A stretch of DNA of 64,000 bases, taken from Schmidtea polychroa. Its lineage: Eukaryota. Both the position numbers and the translations under genes were made by a program. Shown piece after piece: positions 41,801-53,000 of this stretch. Every line of letters starts with the position of its first letter. The stretch's first letter is position 1. The notes beneath the pieces are model-generated. The model had not been told where the DNA came from. It worked only from the letters and a program-made list of their open reading frames with translations, and did no database searches. The stretch is from assembly GCA_044892525.1 (NCBI GenBank), contig CM097885.1, forward strand, positions 100,502,001 through 100,566,000, read 5' to 3'.

Positions 41801-44417
41801 ATTATATTATATAAGTTTCTTCTATATCTAGTTTGCAAGACTGTAATAAATATGATAAAATAATAAAAATGATACAACTGTGATATTCATAGCGGCCTGG
41901 TGATAAATTGGCAGGTTATTGAAAGGAGCGGTCTCGAGATCGCGATTCTTACACGGTACTGATGATAGCAAAATAATGTCGTGACTAATCTGTCATTAAA
42001 AATTGCATCAAATATCATAGGACTATTTATTTGAAAAGACAGTACTAAATATATGCACGTACAGTAAAACCTCCATATAAAGTACACCTTATTTTCAAAC
42101 AATTCTTCTTCTGGTGTACTTCTTAAAGGTAGGTGTACTTATAATAGAAATATTGAAAAATAAAGAGTTTGATACACCATATTCAATAAAGATTGAGGGT
42201 ATTTATATATGGTAAATGTCGTGAATTCTAAAATTCTAGCAAATAAATTGTTTCGGTCATGAAAAGAGATATAAAAATTAAGGATACAACAATTATTGTT
42301 TAATTAAGAATTCATAATGTTTTGTTTGCCTTTTGTTTTTCTCTTGCATTTTTCTTGCTTTCTCATTCAACTGCAATATGTGAAGCTCTTATTTTATTAA
42401 TCCCGTGGTTTTAGCATAAATAACAAGTTTTGAAATCATTTGCATTGCTTTACAATTATGAGAGTTACGAATAACCAAAAAGTGTAGTTTTTCACCTAAT
42501 GTTGAGCATGTTAGAGCAACTATAATGCGGTCCTTTCCTCGTTCCCCACCTTTGCAAGAATCTCCGGTTTCTGTAAGCGTTTTATCAAATATTGTTCAAA
42601 AATACATCTTGTCCATATTGAATACATTACGGCGCTCGTTCCTTACTAAAATAGTTTTAGTGCCATTTTTAATTCATCAATTGATATTTAGTTTATAGTT
42701 CCCGATTTTCCCAATATTGAATTTTGGTTTGATATTATGACGACATTTTAACTCTATTAATCTCAAGAGCATCCCATATTTCGAGGGTCTTTGTTTGTAG
42801 AATAGGCCAAGTGATAGGATAATTTAACGAGAGTGAACGGACAAACCAACAATTGACATTATTTTCGACTGTTTTTCTTTCACCACTTGAACACATCCCT
42901 TAGACACATCCAAATATTTTGCCGTTTCTCTTACACTTTTATTCATTCGTAGACATTCTATAATCTTTATATTCTTCTCAAAAGCGACAAACTGTCTTTT
43001 TGTTGCTGTGGTGTTGTTGCGATTTTCCATTTTTATATGGGCTCATAAAAATATATTTATGAAATAGTTTTCTTAATATTAAAACTTAAATCTTAATTGT
43101 TTTTAATATTTAACGTTTTAATAATATTATATATATATTTCACTAATAAACCTCTAAATATAATTTTTATGATTATAAAAGATATATGATATTTGAAATA
43201 AGTATATTGATATTCTTTCTATTGAGTTATTATACGAACTTTTTTTGCTAATTTTACCAATGATTTCTTTTCCATTGACTTTGTATTTATTAACCCTTTG
43301 CAGTCCTATGTCGAGTCTAACTCGACATTCCATTAATTGCTCATTTGAAGTTTCAGATTTCGTTGTATGTATTTTTTTTGCATTTCGATTTAAGAACAAA
43401 TATATGTGTAGAATGTAAATTGTTTATGTTGGGTTTCGACCAGTTTAGTTCAAGAAAATCCTTTATTCAAAAAATCATTAAAACAATTGTGGACCTGGTG
43501 GGTAACTTTTTTTATGGACTGCAAAAGGTAAAAGGCTTGACTATGAATCAGTATTTATGAATCAGTCAAGCTTTTTAATAAATACAATGCATATTGAGTT
43601 AATTAATATTTTTTAAAAGTATTTAAATAAAATTGTGTACTTTGTGTAAGAGTCAATACCTCTTAAAAACACAAGAGCGGCTCATTTTCATTTTTTATAC
43701 CTTAAAGAGATGTGTATTTTTAGTGGGTGTACTTTAAAAGGAGGTTTTACTGTATGCAAAGGATGTTGACAGTTGAGTTTATATTGTGGAAAGAAAATGT
43801 TGATATTAGTAGATATAGTTAATAAGAAATAATAGTACAGAAATATTATGCGTTAAAACAGTTTTATAGCAGCAGTTTCTAACAATTGGTTTTTATCTAA
43901 TTTACCTAATAAATAATTAGCAAAGGTCGATTTTTCATTTATTTTGCTAAAAGGAAAAATGATGATATGACAGATATTGGCATTTGGGAAATAATTTCTA
44001 TTTATATAACATACTGAAATAAAATTCGTGAAAAGTGACAAGAAACTTGAAATAAAAAAAATTTTCAAATTCAATTAAGCTAATAATTTAAATTGGTTCA
44101 AAGTTAACTAATTAAAATGANNNNNNNNNNNNNNNNNNNNNNNNNNNNNNNNNNNNNNNNNNNNNNNNNNNNNNNNNNNNNNNNNNNNNNNNNNNNNNNN
44201 NNNNNNNNNNNNNNNNNNNNNNNNNNNNNNNNNNNNNNNNNNNNNNNNNNNNNNNNNNNNNNNNNNNNNNNNNNNNNNNNNNNNNAGCAATGAAATAGTC
44301 CTAACTCTGTTTGATCATTCATGAATTCCAAATAACTTTCGACCTCTATGTAGTCTGTTCCCCCAGTTGCAGTGTCTGACTTACTACGATATGGAACCAA
44401 AACAACTCCTCGAGCTC
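15461..44417 (-). CDS. NCX: Sodium/calcium exchanger gene (NCX/SLC8 family), partial: four exons covering Calx-beta 2 and the following segment
   Basis: Exons 44417-44306, 40112-40015, 36707-36559 and 15560-15461 all have AG/GT boundaries, compatible phases and no stops. Spliced peptide: GARGVVLVPYRSKSDTATGGTDYIEVESYLEFMNDQTEAFIKVNIIDDNEYEKDEYFHIELGEPILVKKPEFTG..EDMGKPRLGDIKEIKVIIKESLEFKHVVDNLLRHGQLSEFIGTSSWKEQFVEAITVSP. Flanking exons were not located. Confidence 0.9.
16148..17041 (-). mobile_element. Solo LTR (copy 2)
   Basis: TGTTGGGTTATTGAG...TATCCTCAACA, homologous along its length to 8480-9438. Imperfect 4-bp TSD AAAG/TAAG. Confidence 0.88.
18430..19270. repeat. Diverged tandem duplication (~300 bp unit) spanning an N-gap
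   Basis: GAGTTT.TCCGACAA...ACACTCAAC.TGTCTCAAATTATTACAAA...TAGTTGCACGAACATTT occurs at about 18430-18670 and again at about 18798-19265. Its end recurs near 19535. Confidence 0.8.
20644..20740. mobile_element. Hairpin (palindromic) MITE-like element, short version
   Basis: 48-bp arms with one mismatch around a 1-nt loop (AAGAGAGTTCGAAGACTATAAATCAGTAATATATCGATGTTTGTTGAT). Same family as 56319-56523. Confidence 0.85.
20747..20815. repeat. (TTA)n microsatellite
   Basis: Direct inspection. Similar tracts lie at about 18030-18200 and 19590-19675. Confidence 0.95.
22745..22990 (-). mobile_element. Possible apurinic-endonuclease fragment of a non-LTR retrotransposon
   Basis: Minus-strand pieces RLPGRVLYIRN and EEV*ITSLKVELKIFTFGVVYSPN resemble the LINE APE patterns GGGV..YI and E.VW...IG.IYRSP. 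Heavily decayed. Confidence 0.35.
23390..24034. repeat. Dispersed repeat with GC-rich hairpin core, possibly a solo LTR of a second family (copy A)
   Basis: Core TGTAGATCCCAGC..CCTTTAAAA..GGGATAGCTGGGGTGATTGTA (about 23523-23582) is shared with 30375-30432. TGT start and ACCACA end, but no TSD. Confidence 0.4.
29134..29318. mobile_element. piggyBac-type MITE (185 bp)
   Basis: TTAA-CCGTTTGCGGACGG ... CCGTCCGCAAACGG-TTAA: perfect 14-bp TIRs with TTAA on both sides. Confidence 0.9.
29480..29745 (+). mobile_element. Possible Helitron Rep/helicase N-terminal repeat fragment
   Basis: Three imperfect NET..QR..RL repeats (NETPQQQQERL, NETLNQRHARL, NETQVQRQTRI), read through one TAG. This motif type is common upstream of Helitron Rep domains. 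Confidence 0.45.
30256..30659. repeat. Dispersed repeat with GC-rich hairpin core, possibly a solo LTR of a second family (copy B)
   Basis: Core TGTAGTACCCAGC..CCTTTAAAA..GGGACTGCTAGGGTGATTGTA. Ends in ATTAACCACA, like copy A. No TSD. Confidence 0.4.
32349..33105 (-). mobile_element. LTR (copy 3), truncated at its right end
   Basis: Starts TGTTGGGTTATTGAGTTGGTG and aligns to 8480-9200. Homology stops after CTGTCGAGATAAGGATATTGTTGTT. Confidence 0.88.
33297..35955 (+). mobile_element. pogo/Tigger-like DNA transposon, degenerate
   Basis: Transposase remnants at about 33690-34560 include LEEKL, FTASHG*F.RYKQR..VGESESVD and KILLILDNDPGRP..VKFLPTNSTLLIQQMDEDV. TA-flanked imperfect TIRs CAGGAAACTCTCCCATAGTAC / CAGGAATATCTGATATAGTAC. 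The outer boundary is less certain than the coding remnant. Confidence 0.75.
36559..36707 (-). CDS. NCX: NCX exon (EFTG..EDMGKPRLGDIKEIKVIIKESLEFK)
   Basis: Matches NCX1 AEMGRPILGEHTKLEVIIEESYEFK. 149 nt with AG/GT, phase 1 in and phase 0 out. Confidence 0.9.
39062..39485. mobile_element. pogo/Tc1-mariner-type MITE (424 bp)
   Basis: Perfect 18-bp TIR CACCTAACCCTCGATTTA with TA on both flanks, and subterminal TTTACACG-like repeats. Confidence 0.9.
40015..40112 (-). CDS. NCX: NCX exon, Calx-beta 2 C-terminal part (AFIKVNIIDDNEYEKDEYFHIELGEPILVKKP)
   Basis: Matches NCX1 KTISVKVIDDEEYEKNKTFFLEIGEPRLV. TTTACAG acceptor and GTAAGT donor. 98 nt. Confidence 0.92.
42062..43752 (-). mobile_element. 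pogo/Tigger-like DNA transposon, internally deleted and degenerate
   Basis: 27-bp TIRs CAGTAAAACCTCCATATAAAGTACACC with 2 mismatches and TA flanks. Minus-strand HTH ORF 42824-43030 plus remnants NVFNMDKMYF and VALTCSTLGEKL. Confidence 0.88.
44306..44417 (-). CDS. NCX: NCX exon, Calx-beta 2 central part (GARGVVLVPYRSKSDTATGGTDYIEVESYLEFMNDQT)
   Basis: Matches NCX1 GARGNVIVPYKTIEGTARGGGEDFEDTCGELEFQNDE. 112 nt with AG/GT. Its phase-2 end joins exon 40112 to form GAA. Confidence 0.92.
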
Positions 44418-46609
44418 CTAAAAAAGAAATATAATAATTATCGAGATTATATTTTCTATAAAAATATTTCAATTGTCTCAATTGTGTATCAAATTTTAAG
44501 TATATATTTTATCTCAAAATTTTATTAAAATTTTCTATTTTTTATCTTTTTTATGCTAAAAGGTCTTATTGACAAATATTTTGTAAAAAATATTTAGTTT
44601 GAAATTTGTTCTCGTAGAAAACGTTTAAAACTTAAAAATTTGTTTATTTCAATTAAATATTAAAAGATAAATCAATATTTTCAATGTCACATGTGTGCAA
44701 GAAACTTTATTTGTTTATTCTTACTAAAATCAAAACATTATTAATGAAAAATCAACATGTTATATAAAGTTTATTTAAATAAGCAAAGTTTTGATTGACA
44801 GATAATTTAATTTTAATTTTATAGACGATTAAATATTTATTTTTGCAATTAATGAAATACTTAGATAGTTAGTGTAGAAGATAAAGTATAAATCAACAAC
44901 TAATATATTCCAACATAGAATCAATTAATAAATATGCGAGGATATTTCAATTTGATTACGTCATGTTTTTGAACTATCTTACATAATAAATATTATAAAT
45001 ATGTCAACATAAATATGTCAAGGTCAACCACATGTTTAAATTTAGATTTTTACAATTAGATAAAAATCAAAAGAACTCATTATTTTTGAATTATTTAATT
45101 ACCTTAACACAAATTTAAAGAAAAATTGCTCTTCTATATCAAACGTTTACATTATAAGTTTCCTGGTCAAATGTTCTAAATATTTACCTAGGGTTCTTTT
45201 TGAATATTTACTACCAATAAGATTACTAAAGTGGGCAATCTCATTTTAAAATTATTTAAATTCTTTATTAATGTTAAATATGTTTTATTTATCTTTATTT
45301 TTAGATTTATGTTTTCAAACTTATGTTTGTTGTTTTTGTCTAAATACAAATATGACGTTATTTATTCCAATTTGGTTATTATTATCTTTATTATTGTTTT
45401 GAAATATTTATCAAATTTAATTATATTTTTATAAACTATAAGAATTATTTAATTTATTTTATGAAATAAAGTTAAGAATGGATAAACAATTTGAAATTTT
45501 ACAATTTGTTCACAAATTGCTTTTTTATTATTACATTGAAAATCATTCCCAATTAGCCAAAACACATCATTATTAACATTTATCTTGATTTTCTGTCATT
45601 TTTTTATTCAATACTTAGTAGTTTCCAGTTTTTAGATTACTTATTTTTACTTTAGTTATTTTTAGTATTTTGGTGAATAATTTATTGTTTTAATTGTTTT
45701 AATCAATAAATGTAATTTCACCAAAAACAAATTATTATATTAGAGCAAAGGTGGACATAAACTATTTACAAAATTAAATTTTGATAGGAATAAGAAAATA
45801 TTAAATTTTTTCACTGAAAACTTTCTTTAATAAAAATATTAAAATTATTTCGATTATAATATTATTGAAATCTTATTCTTTTATATTTATTGATTTTGAA
45901 TTGTTTTGAATTCATAATAAAGGATACGTTTAACGATGAACTTAAAGGTCTTCATTGATAAATAACAAAATCTTTAAGGTTAAAGAAAGTAATAATATAT
46001 TTAAATTTGTGAGTAAAATAAAAGTAAACCAAATATAAAAATGAAATAAAAATATCAAATTAATTTTACACTATTAGACCAACAAAAATACATTTAACTC
46101 CCTTTTCACTGCCAAATTAATGATTACTTATCAACATAATATATTTAATAGTTACATATAGAATGGTAATAATATTTGAGCAATCTCTGATAGCAAATGA
46201 ATGTAAAAAACCAGTTTTAAATTTTTAAACAAATTAAAATATAACAAATCTATATGCCATAAATATATTTTTTAATTTCTAGAACAATTTAAGAGAAATA
46301 AATTATTGAAAATCTACTAATGAAAACTAAGTGCAAATGGAAAAAATCAATTTTCATTGACCTAAATTAATTTCCATAACTTACAGCAAATACTTTCAAT
46401 CAATAATTTATTTCAATTTATTTCCATTTCATTGGTTAATAAAAGTGGGAAATGACGACTTGTATAGGAAAACAATACAAAACTTGTGATATATATATAT
46501 TAAACATAAATTTAAAGTGAAATAATAATAATAATAATAATTTATTATTTTTATTCTTATTGAAATTAAATATAAAATTTTGGTGAATAATTAAAGATAA
46601 CTAATATAA

Positions 46610-47333
46610 TTGGTTCTTAATTTGCATCTGCCAATAAAAAGATGGATTGACATTCATGATGAAATTGTCTTTAAATATAATACAACATGGCATAGAGCAA
46701 TCAACACGACACCAATGAATGCTTTTAGAGGAAGACAAAGAAGCGAAATGAGAGAAAATTTATTGTTGGAAAATATTAATAATGAAAATTCACTTTTAGT
46801 TGAATCAGATGAATATACTGATCTAGTTGGGGATTTAAACACCAATAATAATGGCAATAGCAATGAAAATGAAAGCATTAATGCTGAATCAAATAGTGAA
46901 ATTATTCGAGAAAGCCTGGTTGACCTAAATTATCGAAACAGATATACCAGAAGAATGGTGAGTGATGCAGATGTTCACTATCATTCTATTACTTTTAATC
47001 CTGGAGAGCGTGTCTTGGTTAAGAAATCTTTTGATGCAAACACAGAAACAAGAAAAAGAAAAATGGAAGATTTTTATGAAGAAGGAAGTTGGATAATAGT
47101 AGAAAGAGTTGGAAACGAGTCTTTTAGATTAAAATCGGATTTGAATGAAGAAAATCACATGGTGGTTTGTAAAAATAGGCTGAAAAAGATAATTTAGAAA
47201 AACAATAATTAAATTTCATTATTTAATTGCTTTTTATATAATATTTTGGTGTTTTTATTGCTTTTTGTTTCTTTGTGTAGAATAAAAAAATTTTTGCGTA
47301 AGATATAAGCGTGCGTAAGATATGGGTTCGACA
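46610..47333 (+). mobile_element. C-terminal fragment of a retroviral-type (rve) integrase, Ginger/Gypsy-like, with candidate terminal ...ACA
   Basis: ORF 46610-47197 has WIDIHDEIVFKYNTTWHRAINTTPMNAFRGR (integrase core C-terminus) and FNPGERVLV..GSWII (SH3-like). A GCGTAAGATAT direct repeat is followed by GGGTTCGACA at 47333. The DDE N-terminal part is absent. Confidence 0.6.
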
Positions 47334-47671
47334 ATTGTTATAAAATCTCAATAAATTAACAAAATACATTCAAATTCAGTATAAAAATAATTAAATGAAA
47401 AAATAATATATATAAAACAATAAAAAATTTATGATCATGCAAAAAGCAACCAATATGTAAATTTTTTTTACTTCATCTTAGTGAGATTTTGCCATATAAC
47501 ATCATGGAAGAATGTATGTTAGTCTCTACTGATCAAAGTAACAACGATTACTGTTGAAATCAATGTTTTTTATGAAAATAGTGAATTTTAATTTTATATT
47601 CTAATTATTTTTAAAATTCGGTAGTTTGTTTGTTTTATTGTTTAGTTATATTAGTAGACTTAGTTCATTAA

Positions 47672-47843
47672 CCTCTTAAGTGGCTATGACGGATATATAC
47701 GTCATCAACATATGCATCAAAATATGTATTGCAAAACACATAAGACGAATAAAAATATATCATAAATATTACTTTTGTTAACATATTATCTTAATAAATG
47801 TCATCCAATAAGATATTATTTTACTTTTGTAACACTATGCCCA

Positions 47844-47885
<42 letters not shown>

Positions 47886-47950
47886 TAGCGGATAACAAAA
47901 CTCGCCGCTGACAAGCGCATTTCGTTTGACGAAATAAACCACTTAAGAGG
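47672..47950. mobile_element. piggyBac-type MITE (279 bp) containing a (TA)n tract
   Basis: TTAA-CCTCTTAAGTGG ... CCACTTAAGAGG-TTAA: perfect 12-bp TIRs. Confidence 0.85.
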
Positions 47951-48389
47951 TTAACACGAACACAGCACCCATAGTTTTGGATTCTCTCATCATCTGCATG
48001 TTTTTTACTATTTTTAATTTTCTTTTTTATCTTGTTAATTTCAATACTCAAATTATAACAATTACAAATGTGATTCTATTAAAACATACTACGTCTTTGT
48101 GATGTAATTGTATTGGGATATTTGATTGCGCCGACCTTTATATTATTCTTTTATACCCTTCTAATTATTAGTTATAAATTCATGCATGTTTGCTTGATTT
48201 TCCGGGTCTTTAATTTATATCATTGTTTATTATTAAACCCAATGATACATGCTTTGTAGACACATGAAGTATATATGCATATTGTATTAAGTCAAAAAAG
48301 AATAACGTTGGGAAAGTTTTTATTTTTTATCATAATCATTTGCTTGACGCCAAGTTTATAAGTCAAACAAACATGATCTTGAGTTTGAC

Positions 48390-48740
48390 CATCTTTTGAA
48401 ATCCTGGCACCAAATTCTTCGATAATTCACTTAGCCATGACGCCAATAATAGATGTTTCGAAAGCATTGTAATTTCTTTAAATTGTCTCAATACGAAGCA
48501 ATGGCGCAACGATAGCCCGATGATAGATTCGACGTGTGGTAATTATCTTTTGACTTTTAGCATATTGACATTCGACTTGAGTTGATTTTAAGAATTTCGT
48601 ATAATCTGACCAAATAGAAGAACTCTTTAAATCCAAACCCAGTTTATCTACTTCATAATCATAATTTTAAGCCATTCTTTCTTTGAGACTTTTATATTTA
48701 AATCTTGTTCCAAAAATGTTCTTTAAAACAAACTTTTAAC
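48390..48740 (-). pseudogene. CSTF3: Cleavage stimulation factor 77 kDa subunit (CstF-77/Rna14/Su(f)) pseudogene fragment
   Basis: KERMA*NYDYEVDKLGLDLKSSSIWSDYTKFLKS..YAKSQKIITTRRIYHRAIVAPLLRIETI*RNYNAFE..MAK*IIEE aligns ungapped to CstF-77 KEKMAQAYDFALDKIG..IWVDYINFLK..YAENQRITAVRRVYQRG..PMINIEQLWRDYNKYE. Stops at 48667, 48478 and 48427. Confidence 0.8.
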
Positions 48741-51700
48741 CAAATTCAGACAATTCAAAATAAATCCAAAATTCGAAGAAAATAATAATCAATTCGACCT
48801 TATTATAAAAAATACATACCCACAATTCGGTTAATTCTCCGAACATTGTATCAATTTTAATAACCACGCGCACACAGATGCGATAAAAATGACAAAAAAA
48901 AACCTCGTCCACGTCTGTATGCTTAATACAATGACCACCACAATCGCACACAGACGTGAGGCCGAATTCATACAGCTGGTCAGAGGGAGAAGTCATCCCC
49001 CCTCTGATTGATCAAAACACATATNNNNNNNNNNNNNNNNNNNNNNNNNNNNNNNNNNNNNNNNNNNNNNNNNNNNNNNNNNNNNNNNNNNNNNNNNNNN
49101 NNNNNNNNNNNNNNNNNNNNNNNNNNNNNNNNNNNNNNNNNNNNNNNNNNNNNATAAATTACCGACTATGTTATTTAAAAAAACAAAAATATGTATGAGT
49201 AACTTTTTAACAAACGCAGAAAGTTTTCTAGTGTCTATCAAGTTAGTAATCTTTTAAAATAATTGCATATTCTATATTTGAGTCACGCATTTTTTGACTT
49301 ATCAATAATTTTCATATTCATGTGAATAAAAATAGATTTAACTGTTTCTAATAAATGATTTTTTTCAATTATTTATATGAAATAATGTTTTTTCATTTTC
49401 GTTGCAAAAACCTTTCAATGGTTTTATATAGCGGTTTGGTAGACAAAATGTTTACAAACAATGTAAATGAGGAAATACTAAATTATTGTTAAAGGTTCCA
49501 TTATTCAAATTATTCTTATCTCGTTCATCAGTCTACCAACACAATCTATGCTAACAGTTATACACGGAAAAAATAATTACACAATAGTTATGATTTAATA
49601 AATTGCTTAAATAATCTCAATAAATTCGTTTCTGATTGAATGTTTATTGTAAGGGATTGTGATTAAATAGCCAGTGCCTCACACAAGACTCTCCTACTTA
49701 TTATTAAGGTTTGTATATAAAAGTTCTAAAGACTTTAAATCAGTTATTCCTTTTAATATTTCAATAATATGTTGCTATATTTTTGAACTCGTATGCGGAA
49801 AACATATATGTGGAAAACATATATTTTAGTGCATTATTTAAAGTAAGTTCCAAATATCAATAATAAACATTTTTTATACATTTCCATTAAAATTATAGAT
49901 TATTTTAAATAATTAAATAACTATTGTTGTTATATTAACAAGAATTATTTTATTTTAAATATTTTTACGAGATACATTCGTCAAAACGAAGAAAAGGATT
50001 GTAGAGAACCGAACGTTACATTTTATGTTTGGAAATATTATTTTATAAAATGATATAAACATTTCATATGTCAATAAACGTCTAAAAAATAAAAAGACGA
50101 AATCTTTATAAATCGATACATATTTATTATGTATATTTATCATTCTCAGTTACACATATAACTGAAACATTTTAGACATAAAAGTTTTCTTTCTAATATT
50201 GCCAATATATTTATGGTAGATTGATTAATTAATTTCTTGTTTTATGGATTATTTATTTGAAATTTCCCATTAATATTTTATAGAAAGACGAGAAAAATTA
50301 TTATTAATAAACTGATATTTTTTATTTAGGATGTGTAAAATTCTTTCTAAAATAAAAACGATCACATTTGCTAGATTTTAGTACAAATTGTATCAAAAAT
50401 TAATTAATAATAAATAAAATATACAAATTACTTTTTGTGTTTGATATTTTGTGTTTGATACCGATAATAAATAAAATTACAGTTTTATATAAAAATTAAG
50501 ATAAAATATAAATATAAAGTATTTATTAAAATGTTTGTCTATGAATGATAATTATACTTATACATAGTGAAGCTTTTACTACAAAGTCAATTGAAAAAAA
50601 ATCAGTGGTGAAATTTGCAAAAAGTTCTATTTTATGACACATAATAAAAATGAAATGAAATTCATTGTATCATAATAATACTCAATTATTAAAAAATCTA
50701 ATTTAATTAAAACTCATATTTCAATTGATTTCGGAAATAAAAATATTATTAAATATTAGTGATAGGGAAGCTTTTTTTATGACGGAAAATTAAAAGATTT
50801 TAAAATTTGGCGTTCCATTAATCATATTTATATATTTTCTATTTTTAATTAATTATATATCACATAGGAATTTTTATATTTTCATTTTATTAGTCGTTAA
50901 CTAGGAAAATAAAAATTTTTAGTTTTGATTTTGATTTTCAATGAGAAAGATGTAATTGTATTTTTTTAACTTTATTTATTTACCTCTTGGTTGCTTTTGT
51001 TTTTAGTTTGTGACCCGAAAGTATTTTAAATAAATCCAAAGTTGATTGATTCGAAAAGTTTTCAATATTCAAAAACATTTTGTGGCACACCTGAGAAGTC
51101 ATTAATTTAGAAGGAGTTAGAAGAAGTTAGTTCACCAAAGAACTAGTTCCAGAAATTCTGTCAAAAAGGATAATTTCTATGTTTCACACAAAATGTTTTT
51201 ATTTACTGAATAAATGAAATAATTTCCTGTTGTTTAATTCATATTTATAAACGTAGAAAAAGTAAACCATTAAACCACATTTTAGAATTTTTATTAAATT
51301 AAAGTAACCATTAATTTCGAAGGCTGTTTTTGTGATACAAAATACATTTTAAAAATTTATTACAAATGTAATTAAAAAAATCTGCATTTTAATATGAAAA
51401 TGTTTCAGTATTTAACATTGTCGGTAAATCCTTTATTTTATTAATTTTCATAAAATTTATTATCATATAAAATTTATTACATTAATGCAATAAATTTTAT
51501 AACAAAATTTTAAAGTTAATATTGCTGAAAAATTTCCAAATTAAAATATTGTGTAAATGAAAAATCAAAGTAATCAAATTTTTCATCAATTGCCTGAATT
51601 TATTTCCCAAAGATTTATGAATAATTAATCGCGAAAATAATTTATTTACTTTCATAAAGATAATTTAATTATTTACTTTAAATAGAACAAATGTAACACT

Positions 51701-52087
51701 TTTTCATCATTCGTTTCTTTGGAGTACAAAACATTTCATAGTATTTAAAAATAATAATAAAATATTGGAAAAAAAAAATTTTCAAAAAAATAATTTGGAA
51801 ATAATGAAATTTGTTTTGATTGTGTGATGTTGATGTTAAATTTAAAGTCTAAAATCAGAATGTTTTTTTTAAATATTAGTAAATTATTTTTGGATTTTGT
51901 ATGAAACAAATTTTCGGTCTGGTTAAATATTATGAAAATAGAATTTAAATGTTATTCAAATATTCCAATATTCCAAAAATATCCCGAAGTAAACTGAAAC
52001 GACAAAATGTATTATTATTTAAATAGGAAATCATGTAAATATTAAAATTCGAAAAATTGATAATTTATACAAACAGTCTAAATATAA

Positions 52088-52440
52088 CTAAATATTTTTA
52101 ACTAATACTTTCAATTCTATTGAATGAAGGTCAAGAGTGACAGCATCAGCATTTAAAGCCTCGCCGGAAAGAACACTGTTGCGTAGATTTGCCAAAGTCT
52201 TGACTCTCTCAAACCAACTAGTGCTAGCTTCAAAGTTTTCTTTCTTATCGTAAACACTACCACTTGCGTCTTTGTTACTCTCCAATTAATTTGAAATCGA
52301 TTTAATTTTAATTTCTTCAAACAAACTCTTTACTTAAGTTTGCATTGCAATTTTCTTAATATCATTTTTTGTGCAACTCGATTTGCAATGAAATTGGAAA
52401 GCCAAGACTCCATTTTAGTCATTAAAGCATTCATTGTTTG
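52088..52440 (-). mobile_element. pogo/Tigger transposase fragment (CENP-B-type HTH region)
   Basis: FEASTSWFERVKTLANLRNSVLSGEALNAD matches the Tigger F.AS.GWF.RFK.R..L..GE..SAD pattern. No TIRs found. Confidence 0.7.
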
Positions 52441-52503
52441 AGTCCATGTCTTAGTATCTATAGATGATTAGATTTCAAGTAGAAGATTTATTCAACAGTA
52501 ACA

Positions 52504-53000
52504 GTGGCTTTTTCAATTATTGGTTGATCAAGACATAAAGGAGTTATGGTTGGTATGGAACAAAAAGGTTGTTTTTTGGTAATAAGGCTTAGTTTAAGAG
52601 AGATATTTTAACTTTGAATTATCCTATAGAACATCACATTATTTCAAACTTTGATGATATGAGAAAGATCTGGTACCATACAATTTACAATGAATTGAAA
52701 CTTGCGTAAAAGGAACATCCACTTCTTCGTAATTAAGTGCCACTGAAAACAAAATTTAACAGAGAAAAAATGATTAAAATCATGTTTGAAACAGTCAATG
52801 TTTCTGCTATGCATGTTGATTTCCAAACTGTTCTGTCTCTTTTTGTTTCAGGAAAAACTACTGGGATTGTTTTAGATTGTGTCTCACAATTTTGTGACAA
52901 ATACTAAGTGAATTTATGTGGGTTATGCATTGCCTCATACAATTTGCAGAGTAGAGTTGACTGGAAGATATTTGACAGTGTATTTGATGAGAATTAAGCA
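52504..53000 (+). pseudogene. ACT: Actin pseudogene (N-terminal ~40%), intronless in this span
   Basis: [94 protein letters not shown] aligns to actin residues about 30-190, with several stops and frameshifts. Confidence 0.9.

Noticed and set aside
5410-53000. Stop-codon reassignment explaining the stops in pPolB, actin and CstF-77
   Set aside because: TAA/TAG/TGA fall at positions expected for different residues (Q, W, K, E, R) and co-occur with frameshifts. The NCX exons have no in-frame stops. Ordinary pseudogenisation fits better.
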